Shown: positions 18,450 through 25,691 of the stretch, piece by piece
Layout: each line of letters begins with the position of its first letter
Position numbering within the stretch: the first letter of the stretch is position 1
Made by a program: the position numbers and the translations under genes
Virus genome (UHGV): UHGV-0199506
DNA: 46,001 bases
Reading direction: 5' to 3' (one strand)
From: a virus
The notes under the pieces: model-generated
Told to the model about the DNA's origin: nothing
Databases searched by the model: none
The model's input: the letters and a program-made list of their open reading frames with translations, nothing else

Positions 18450-18906
18450 TGCCCAGATTATGCTGGTCTGCAGGCAGTGTATGGAGCGCTGTGCGGCGGG
18501 AAACACATGGCCGCCGGATCTTGCTGAGTTCGTTGCGCTGGTGTCAGCCAGCGGTGCTAATCCATTCAATCTGACATCCGATGCAGTGATGGCGGAGTAC
18601 AAACGCTGGAGAAACGAATCTTATCGATACTCGGGCAGCGACAAATACCCATGGAAACAGGATGTTCTGTATCACATTTGCATTGAGATGCGCAGAACTG
18701 GAGTTGAGAGGAACCTGACGGAGGGAGAGCTGAAAAAACTGGCAGAAAACTTACTCACGAAATGGACCAAACGCCTGGCTAACGGGTTTTCGATTCCCCC
18801 GATTCGTCGGCAGTTGGCAGCACCGAGGCATCCAGCAGGGCCGACGCCAGCGCAGGTTCTGATGGAAGAGTACAAACGCCGCAAGGCGGCAGGTTTAACC
18901 AAGTAA
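18235..18906 (+). CDS. Replication protein P-like (DnaB helicase loader), 223 aa from MQEFNQ
   Basis: Collinear similarity to lambda P: WPPDLAEFVALV ~ PSPGQFVAWC; YSGSDKYPWKQDVLYHICIEM ~ YPDAESYPWKSNAHYWLVTNL; LTEGELKKLAENLLTKWTKRLANGFSIPP ~ LTDAELRRKAADELVHMTARINRGEAIPEP. A strong GGAGGT RBS lies 8 nt before the ATG at 18235. The ORF-track start at 18187 has no RBS. Confidence 0.75.
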   Translation: MQEFNQLTPHPGQFRKFRQPESAGKSKTDLLAADTAWRLWTVMGEIFSNRWTQKNGAAPSDMWIAQIGSMSDAQIMLVCRQCMERCAAGNTWPPDLAEFVALVSASGANPFNLTSDAVMAEYKRWRNESYRYSGSDKYPWKQDVLYHICIEMRRTGVERNLTEGELKKLAENLLTKWTKRLANGFSIPPIRRQLAAPRHPAGPTPAQVLMEEYKRRKAAGLTK

Positions 18907-18913
18907 ACGAGTT

Positions 18914-19360
18914 TTGACCATGGCCAAACAATCAAAAACCAAAGTAACCAAAGCACAGATGGTGCTTGCCATCGTTAGCCGGACGCCAGAATGCGTTCTG
19001 CAGGATGTCTGCGATGCGCTCGACTTGCAAGCCAGTACAGCAGGTAACTTGCTGCGGCAGCTACATGCCGCGGGAAAACTCCATCGTACCCATAACGGCT
19101 ACCAGTACGTCTATCGAGTGGTTGCAGGCGTTGAGGTTCCCGATGTTGCCTTGCCGCAGACTGCAACACCATTATCTGAAGAGGATGTGAAACAAGTCCA
19201 GGACGCACTGTCCCTGGCGAAGACGCTGGAAGACAAAAAGCTGTGGCGCCGGGCTGCGACTGTTTACACATCGACGCTTGGGATGGCTTCAACAGCAAAC
19301 GAACTCTGGTTGCTTGCCAAAATGCGTAACCGCTGCCTGCGCAATGCGACGAGGTGCTGA
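18914..19360 (+). CDS. Winged-helix protein with C-terminal ANR (AraC-negative-regulator)-like motif
   Basis: The C-terminus 'KKLWRRAATVYTSTLGMASTANELWLLAKMRNRCLRNA' fits the W..AA...W..A..RC pattern of ANR-family small regulators, which are common in enterobacterial prophages. A TTG/ATG start lies inside a repeated motif. Confidence 0.45.
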   Translation: MTMAKQSKTKVTKAQMVLAIVSRTPECVLQDVCDALDLQASTAGNLLRQLHAAGKLHRTHNGYQYVYRVVAGVEVPDVALPQTATPLSEEDVKQVQDALSLAKTLEDKKLWRRAATVYTSTLGMASTANELWLLAKMRNRCLRNATRC

Positions 19361-19847
19361 TTATGCCTTAAACAGAATCAACTGCAGCTGGTACGGGATG
19401 TCAAAGTTAAGTTTAATTATTGCGGGGTTAGGCAAAGCTAAGATGTCCACTGAGTGCCAACAGCGGACGTTGGAGTACCAGAGAGCTTCTAAAAGTGAAA
19501 GGCATAGATTATGCTGAATACTTATACATCAATGTGGTCTCACAGACTTGAAGCAACTTAAGATTTAATAATTTATATAACAAAAATGTCAGCAGACATT
19601 TTTGTTAACTAAGAGGTCATTCCGAGGCAGAAGGACTTCAATCTTACATGTGGCCACTGAATGAGCTCCCCTTCCCGTACTAATGCAGAATGGCCATTAA
19701 CAGGCGGCAGACAATTCTAACGGAACTAACGAAAAATCATATCATTGACTGCTTCGGCTTTTCATCAACCATCACCACAGCGTTGACTGAGCATCACTTA
19801 GGCATCATATTAGGTGCCTATCTAACTTCAAACGCAACGACAAGCTC

Positions 19848-20369
19848 ATGACTATTCTAGAAGAGGTCCAAAACGAAGCCTGGTTTGCTCTGGTATCTAT
19901 CTACACACATCAGGAGTTAATGGGGACTCTGGCATCCAGCCCAACGAGATATGAAATGGGCAATCAGCTTATCGCGCTAAATGCGATAGTTGAATTATTA
20001 ATTCTGCGTATTGCTCGTTTGGCAGATAGTACCAAGAAAGTACGTAATGCTAAGATGCTGTTGGAGAAAGGTACATATCCCGGTACATATGCCGACGTTA
20101 AATTAGCAGCAGAGCGGTTTATGTCATTTGCAGCCCCTATCGTCAAGATTAGACATGAAGAGGTTGCGCACATGAAGCCCGGCATTGTGAGCACCTATGG
20201 ACCTCGAATTATACCTACAGAAGCTTTGAGGGCTACTGAGTCCCTTATAGAACTCATTGATGTCGCCTACGATCAACAGCAGTCTTACTCATACAGAGTA
20301 GGCTCCTGCGAACCTGAAGTTGATTTAAGAGCATCTGTGGTGGCAGGTAAAAGAGTGTTCGTAAAATAA
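19848..20369 (+). CDS. Hypothetical protein (173 aa) in the low-GC island; contains a single Rx5H (RHEEVAH) motif
   Basis: No recognisable family. The ORF is ~38% GC against ~55% for the phage backbone. The HEPN-type motif is short and could arise by chance. Confidence 0.4.
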   Translation: MTILEEVQNEAWFALVSIYTHQELMGTLASSPTRYEMGNQLIALNAIVELLILRIARLADSTKKVRNAKMLLEKGTYPGTYADVKLAAERFMSFAAPIVKIRHEEVAHMKPGIVSTYGPRIIPTEALRATESLIELIDVAYDQQQSYSYRVGSCEPEVDLRASVVAGKRVFVK

Positions 20370-20399
20370 ATTAGTTAAACTCAAGTTCATGAGGGAAAC

Positions 20400-21209
20400 A
20401 TGATTAAACAAACAGATGTCGATTTTCTATACGGAACATTTAAAGATTTTATAGTTGAAGACAAGCAAAACCTTTTAAAGAATTTTAGCGAAAGATTTCA
20501 GCTAGCGGTTGCAATGGAAGTCTCCTTTACTAATAGTAAGTCTGAACTTTACAATCGAGTTCATGCGAAGACCATCAAGTTATCGGAGCTGTGGTACTGC
20601 TTTGAATTGCTTTCTACTGCTACGGAATATGGGTTTGGTAATGCAAAGGAAAAATCAGAAGAACAAATCAATAAGGAATGGCTGGATACGCTGAGAGTTT
20701 CTGCGATAGGCAAGATTGAACCCGAAAAGCCTAGAAAGAAAAATCTATTTGTTAATGTAGACTTAACTTACAACCCAGTCGGAAAGGCAAGACTGATCAA
20801 TGAAGAACACTTTACAGGACGGTGGTTCTTATCTTCATACCAAGATGTTTTGTGGGCATTTTCGATAACTAGAAGCATTCCCGACACGCTCCCAGATGAT
20901 GTGGCAAAGGACGCATTATCTCACTACCTAAAGATTCTAATATCGCATGCTCAAGGTGAGCAAGAACAGTTCCTAAATCGTGGTTATAATGCACTGATGG
21001 GTAATAGTGCGGATATGCCAAAATCCTCCAATATACTATCATTTATTTATGCTTTGAGGTGTAGCTATGTTCATCAAGGTGAATTACCAGACAGTTCGCA
21101 TATGCCAATCGAGTACAAAGAATTTATTTTAGATGAATGCATTAAGTTCCTAATAAGTTATTGCTCTTTGGCTTATTCTACAGTTATAGATGAGATCTAT
21201 TTTCATTAA
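20400..21209 (+). CDS. Hypothetical protein (269 aa), low-GC island, probably co-transcribed with 19848..20369
   Basis: It starts 31 nt after the upstream stop and has a GAGGGAAAC RBS. The C-terminal RCSYVH is an Rx4H motif. No recognisable family. Confidence 0.4.
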   Translation: MIKQTDVDFLYGTFKDFIVEDKQNLLKNFSERFQLAVAMEVSFTNSKSELYNRVHAKTIKLSELWYCFELLSTATEYGFGNAKEKSEEQINKEWLDTLRVSAIGKIEPEKPRKKNLFVNVDLTYNPVGKARLINEEHFTGRWFLSSYQDVLWAFSITRSIPDTLPDDVAKDALSHYLKILISHAQGEQEQFLNRGYNALMGNSADMPKSSNILSFIYALRCSYVHQGELPDSSHMPIEYKEFILDECIKFLISYCSLAYSTVIDEIYFH

Positions 21210-21361
21210 CCAGACATTTTGGTCCGGTTTCTGGAGATATAATAATTTTATGCAAACATAGTAGATGCAACAGTTGAGTTCAGCTGTTATTGTAAGCACC
21301 CCTTAAAAACAGTGCATACTCTTTTAGAGATCTACCCGTCTCTCTTTACACAGAGGCAAAA

Positions 21362-21427
21362 GTCCGCTTCTCGCTCATAGCGGACCAGAGGACCAGTGGG
21401 TAGGTTCGCTTCGTGCCAAAAGCAGAC
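21362..21427 (+). repeat. Two-hairpin repeat element, copy A (HP1 GTCCGC-TTCTCGCTCATA-GCGGAC; HP2 loop GTGCCAA)
   Basis: Read directly. The first hairpin has perfect 6-bp arms and a conserved 12-nt loop. It is related to copies at 22381 and 24246. Confidence 0.6.
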
Positions 21428-21560
21428 ATTTGATAAGTCTTTGTTACTTATAAGGGTACAAGCCAACTGATATGATAGACTGTTTAATAGCTAGTGTGTT
21501 AACAAGTCAAAAAATGTAGAATTTAATTCCTAGCCACTTCTGAATACATATGGATGCTGT

Positions 21561-22289
21561 ATGAGTAACCCATTCACTCTTGAAATACTTCAGGCTATCA
21601 ACGATTGGCAGCGCAGTACGACTAAAAATCGTGGTAAAAAATTAGAGACTCTATGTGTAAATCTTCCCGCTCAATACAAAACTGTTGATTTTGCCTGCTA
21701 CAGGAAAATAAATTTGCAGAAGGATGGTGTATTTAGCATGTTCGCCCACTATCGTCTCCCGGAAAGAAGTTCCTCATGGTCTTCTTCAGTCGACGTCGTC
21801 AAAAATTTTAAACACGGTGTATCGTTAAATATCGTCGAACAATCTTTTATCTATCAAACTATTCCAACTCCAAATGAAATCATTCTTAATCTTATAGCAG
21901 TCTACAATTCTTCTGATTTTCAAAGTGCTCTTAGCCTACATAGAAAGGATATTGATAATGTTCATCTAGGTATTGATAAATATGGTAATAGCCAACTTGA
22001 AGTGGTCTTAAAAAAGGATTTTGTTACACACAATGACATATACATGCTGGGTGGTCGTTCAAGCGCTTTCTGTGTTTCTCACTCTCCAGTCATCCAAAAG
22101 ATGTCATTAAGTTACTTGGATTACGATATCAGAAAAAATAAAGTTATCACTTTCAAATGGTTAAGCCATGAAATAACACGACGAATCATTGATAGGATTC
22201 TCAGGAAGTACCCTCAACCTTTCAATGCTTATGGGAAGAGCTACGGATATATCATCCCTAAGAAAAGAAAGAAGAAATCTAGAAGGTGA
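21561..22289 (+). CDS. Hypothetical protein (242 aa) with a basic C-terminal tail (KKRKKKSRR), low-GC island
   Basis: Stand-alone ORF flanked on both sides by copies of the two-hairpin repeat. Confidence 0.4.
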   Translation: MSNPFTLEILQAINDWQRSTTKNRGKKLETLCVNLPAQYKTVDFACYRKINLQKDGVFSMFAHYRLPERSSSWSSSVDVVKNFKHGVSLNIVEQSFIYQTIPTPNEIILNLIAVYNSSDFQSALSLHRKDIDNVHLGIDKYGNSQLEVVLKKDFVTHNDIYMLGGRSSAFCVSHSPVIQKMSLSYLDYDIRKNKVITFKWLSHEITRRIIDRILRKYPQPFNAYGKSYGYIIPKKRKKKSRR

Positions 22290-22380
22290 CTTATAAACCT
22301 AACTGGGTTGATCTGCTTCCCGTTAATTAACACTCCGCAATGCAAGTAACATCCCCTGGTTGGTGATAACAATTACCATC

Positions 22381-22441
22381 GTCCGCTCCTCGCTCATAGC
22401 AGACTTGTTGTGGTTTCCTACGTGTCTGGAGCAAACGCTGC
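22381..22441 (+). repeat. Two-hairpin repeat element, copy B (GTCCGCTCCTCGCTCATAGCAGAC ...)
   Basis: 22/24 identity to copy A over hairpin 1. It lies between convergent genes. Confidence 0.55.
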
Positions 22442-22635
22442 TAACATAAAGGACAACCACTATTTAGATCAGTTCAGAAAAACTTCGTTCTGAACTATCA
22501 AAAAGCTTTGATCCAAAGTACGGAAACCCTCAATAGCTTAAAGTATATATCCTGGGTGCAGGTAATGTTGACCCGACCCAGGTGAGTTAATAGGTGATAA
22601 CTAAATGACGCCTGTTAAATATTTGTTGAAATATA

Positions 22636-23301
22636 TTAGGCATGCTTTTTTTTACCAACAACCACATATGAACTGCCCGCTTTGCTCCATGAGCTTAATA
22701 CTGATAAATTGTTATCCAAGCAAATTTTACTCACGACATCCACATCCAATAAACCATAGTAAGATGCGTTGCGAGAGTTTTGGTATATATATCCATGTAA
22801 ATGCTTAATACCCCTCTCATACTTCTTAAAATATGAGCTTTTAAATTGATTGACAATCATTGCCTCTCCATCATCCTTTAATAAATCTCTAATTCCGCTG
22901 ATAATTTTGTCAATTGTAGATTTACATGGAATGGCGGAAAGCACGTTTGCGCAAAGTATAAAATCATAACGACTAGTTATTTTATGCATGTTTTCAAAGG
23001 GAACTACATTAGCTTTTCTATAGTTATTAGCTACATATTGTGGAATTGTGGTTTGTACACCTCTTATAATTTGTACTCTTTCTAGCTGCTTTCTGGAATC
23101 TAAAAAGGTCACAGTTTCAAATTTATCGACCAATTGTTCAGAATATCTAAGTTTCCCACATCCAAAATCAAGGGCGCTGCCATTTTTTAGAGAGTGTTTG
23201 ATATGATCGCAGAGATAGTTAGATGGCATAGTATGAGGTTTGGCTGCATTTTCTGAACGTATTGTTATTCCATTCACTTCGTAGTTCAAAGTTAACTCCA
23301 T
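22636..23301 (-). CDS. Class I SAM-dependent methyltransferase (221 aa), not a DNA-methyltransferase type
   Basis: Motif I 'ALDFGCGKLRY' (hh(D/E)hGxGxG) and a Rossmann-fold pattern. No DPPY/NPPY/SPPY motif IV, so it is probably not a DNA MTase. 31% GC. Confidence 0.6.
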   Translation of the reverse strand: MELTLNYEVNGITIRSENAAKPHTMPSNYLCDHIKHSLKNGSALDFGCGKLRYSEQLVDKFETVTFLDSRKQLERVQIIRGVQTTIPQYVANNYRKANVVPFENMHKITSRYDFILCANVLSAIPCKSTIDKIISGIRDLLKDDGEAMIVNQFKSSYFKKYERGIKHLHGYIYQNSRNASYYGLLDVDVVSKICLDNNLSVLSSWSKAGSSYVVVGKKKHA

Positions 23302-24024
23302 TTAAGAAATATTGTTTTTATTAAAAAATTCTATTATTTTATCATCAGGTATTTGTCTTACTTGGCTTTCGGTTCTTGGCTTAACAGATGCTATAAAAAT
23401 AAGAAAATTGAAGACGACGAGAAAAATAACCCACAACCAAACATTATTTAAAGAGCCTGTAACAGAGAATAGATTAGTTAATTTAGCAAAGCTTATTACT
23501 ACAACAGTAATAAATGCAATCACCGTATGCTCAAAGAAAACCCAGAAATAATAAACTTTGTTCCAAAAAAGTTCAACGTAATGTTTATCTTTTAACTCTT
23601 TAACTTCTGGGTAATACAATTTACTCATTACCTTGTAAGATTCATCACTAGATAATTTCCTCGTAACGTTCGCGATTTTTGCCAATGGCTGAACAATTAA
23701 ATAATTATCCCATGCTTTTCTTATGCCAACTACTTTTGCTACATTGTTATGCAGATCTAAAGCCCCGCTAACAATGGACCAAAAAATTGAAAATGCAATT
23801 GGTAAAACTCCGAATGTTAATATCCACTTAATAAACTCTTCGTAGTCTTTAATGGGTGGGATGTATTTGGCATTAATGCCAACCAATGGCATGTAGCCAA
23901 AAATAACTAATGATAGATAAAATAGAAATGTAGTAATAAAAGTTGCCTTATGAAGCATCGGCAACATTTCATTGTAACTTTTTGGTGGTTCTAACATTTT
24001 ACTCTCCATGCATTCCAAAAGCAT
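23302..24024 (-). CDS. Polytopic membrane protein (240 aa, ~5-6 predicted TM helices), immediately upstream of and contiguous with the methyltransferase gene
   Basis: Long hydrophobic stretches (FITTFLFYLSLVIFGYMPLVG; ILTFGVLPIAFSIFWSIVSGAL; VIAFITVVVISFAKL; VWLWVIFLVVFNFLIFIAS). Its stop abuts the MTase start, forming an operon. 30% GC. Confidence 0.55.
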   Translation of the reverse strand: MLLECMESKMLEPPKSYNEMLPMLHKATFITTFLFYLSLVIFGYMPLVGINAKYIPPIKDYEEFIKWILTFGVLPIAFSIFWSIVSGALDLHNNVAKVVGIRKAWDNYLIVQPLAKIANVTRKLSSDESYKVMSKLYYPEVKELKDKHYVELFWNKVYYFWVFFEHTVIAFITVVVISFAKLTNLFSVTGSLNNVWLWVIFLVVFNFLIFIASVKPRTESQVRQIPDDKIIEFFNKNNIS

Positions 24025-24245
24025 TCATTATCAATAATCACATGGCTCAACTAACGCATTTAAAGCTTAATTACCGCTAGTTTCTTAATTGAACACTGCG
24101 ATTTTATCTACATTTTTTTGATTGTTCTAGTTCTCAAAATGACCTAATGAGCTGATATCTATTCTAATCGCACCCACGCTAGCATCTGTAATACATTAAG
24201 CAACCAAATTCCATCATCAGTACCGATGTAAAAATCAGCCTCGAT

Positions 24246-24310
24246 GTCCGCTTCTCGCTCGAAGCAGACCTTCATCCCATTAAGATTGTCCGCTCTGTGC
24301 CAAGAGCGGA
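24246..24310 (+). repeat. Two-hairpin repeat element, copy C (GTCCGCTTCTCGCTCGAAGCAGAC ... GTCCGCTCT-GTGCCA-AGAGCGGA)
   Basis: Hairpin 1 is 22/24 identical to copy A. Hairpin 2 has a perfect 8-bp stem with a GTGCCA loop, homologous to the A-copy hairpin 2. Confidence 0.6.
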
Positions 24311-24483
24311 ATCTGGAGCGCCAGAGGTAGCAACGTTTCTTATCAACGGTGTTGATCACCACAAAAATGACTGTATCCCTGTGATAGCGGATTTCGTCCT
24401 TTGTGGAGAAAAGATCAATCTAAACATGAGCATGGGTTAGCGAAAAGTGGCATTAAGAACTTGAACATTTTACCTAACAGGTA

Positions 24484-24503
24484 TACTGTTTATTTATACA
24501 GTA
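24484..24503. promoter_or_regulatory. LexA (SOS) box TACTGTTTATTTATACAGTA, 20 nt upstream of the dinI-like gene
   Basis: Perfect CTGT-N8-ACAG palindrome matching the E. coli LexA consensus TACTGTATATATATACAGTA at 16/20. Confidence 0.8.
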
Positions 24504-24522
24504 CTTGAGTGAGGAGCTAGTT

Positions 24523-24756
24523 ATGAAAGTGGAAATCACAATTGATCGCCAAAAAAAATTGCCGGATGGCGCTGTGCCTGCTCTGGAGAAGGAGCTACTG
24601 CGGCGATTGGATCAAAACTTTAATAACTGCAGTCTTGTGATTCGTCGGGCCAGCTCCGATGGGTTGACCGTGCTTGGTGGAATGGACGGAGATAAAAAAC
24701 GTATTGAGGAAATCCTGCAAGACACTTGGGAAAGCGCTGATGACTGGTTCTGTTAA
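24523..24756 (+). CDS. dinI: DinI-family protein (77 aa)
   Basis: MKVEITIDRQKKLPDGAVPALEKELLRRL...DKKRIEEILQDTWESADDWFC compares with E. coli DinI MRIEVTIAKTSPLPAGAIDALAGELSRRI...DKQRISEILQETWESADDWF. It has a GAGGAG RBS. The ORF-track start at 24505 is a short extension. Confidence 0.85.
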   Translation: MKVEITIDRQKKLPDGAVPALEKELLRRLDQNFNNCSLVIRRASSDGLTVLGGMDGDKKRIEEILQDTWESADDWFC

Positions 24757-24818
24757 GTTGAGGTCCAGTGGCTTGCCTGGTTTATTTTGAGGATTTTGCT
24801 GTGAGTAAAAAACAAGAA

Positions 24819-25058
24819 ATGCCGAACACCGGCTATGCAATCATCAGATGCGACGATGGGGTGATCGTTGCTCGTCTGACATCCTTTCCTGTGTGTGAGC
24901 GCGCTCTGATGTACCGGCGCGGCGACACTGTTTCGTTTATGCCTTTGCAGCCGGATGAGATAGTGGGGACTCTCTCTCTTTTTTCACAGATGATTGAAAA
25001 GGCTAAGTCTGGAGTTGGTTACCAGGTTCCCCCTGATTCTGTTACAATCCCGTCATAG
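24819..25058 (+). CDS. Hypothetical small protein (79 aa) downstream of dinI; candidate antirepressor
   Basis: MPNTGYAIIRCDDGVIVARL... No recognisable family. It sits in the LexA-box operon. The antirepressor role is an inference. Confidence 0.35.
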   Translation: MPNTGYAIIRCDDGVIVARLTSFPVCERALMYRRGDTVSFMPLQPDEIVGTLSLFSQMIEKAKSGVGYQVPPDSVTIPS

Positions 25059-25098
25059 GCCTGAACAACCTATACCTGCTGCGTCGCGGAGAGAAGCC

Positions 25099-25491
25099 AT
25101 GACGCAAACCCCCGAAGTATCAAAATCCCATCAGACTGGTGCTCCTTCATCGAGCGCCGGTTTGCTTTCGTCTTCAAAACTAACTTTTCGACAGCAGGAA
25201 GTTTTCGATCTGCTGGTGGCCTACATCAATCAGCATGGCTACCCACCTACGCTAACTGAGCTAGCCGATATGCTCGGTGTTAGCTCGTCTAATGCTGTCC
25301 TGTTGCATCTGCGTGCGTTAGAGAGAAAAAATTTTATAAAACTCTCTCGCCGCGTCTCCAGAGGAATTTCCATCGTCGGGCGAAAGGAGCCTATGCTCGC
25401 CGTGCTGCTGCTGCAGGAAATGATCGCTGAAGAACCCGGCGCGCGTGAAAGAGCGATTGAGTTTTTGCGACTGTTCGGTGATCAGCCATGA
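25099..25491 (+). CDS. LexA-like winged-HTH DNA-binding protein lacking the S24 autocleavage domain (131 aa)
   Basis: '[66 protein letters not shown]' compares with LexA '[66 protein letters not shown]'. It has an S/P-rich N-terminal tail and a GGAGAG RBS. Confidence 0.65.
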   Translation: [130 protein letters not shown]

Positions 25492-25691
25492 AGAAAAGTT
25501 GGTTTTTACACGAGCAACTTTCAGAGGCTGAGGCTACAGAGCTGGTGGAGCGATACCGTAAAAATAACTGTGTGGTTGAGAAAAGCTTGTCCAGAGACTT
25601 TACATCGTGGGAGATCCGCGTGCTGTTGCCGGAATCGAAGAAGCCGCCACGGATTGACAGGACCTACATACAGAAGATGTGGAGGGACTGA
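25488..25691 (+). CDS. Hypothetical protein (67 aa), translationally coupled at both ends (ATGA / TGATG)
   Basis: Overlapping start/stop codons with both neighbours, read directly. Confidence 0.4.
   Translation: MKKSWFLHEQLSEAEATELVERYRKNNCVVEKSLSRDFTSWEIRVLLPESKKPPRIDRTYIQKMWRD

Noticed and set aside
19848-21209. HEPN (Rx4-6H) assignment for the two island proteins
   Set aside because: A single R-x(4-6)-H occurrence is expected by chance in proteins of this size, and no other HEPN features could be verified by eye. The assignment is kept only as a weak note, not a call.
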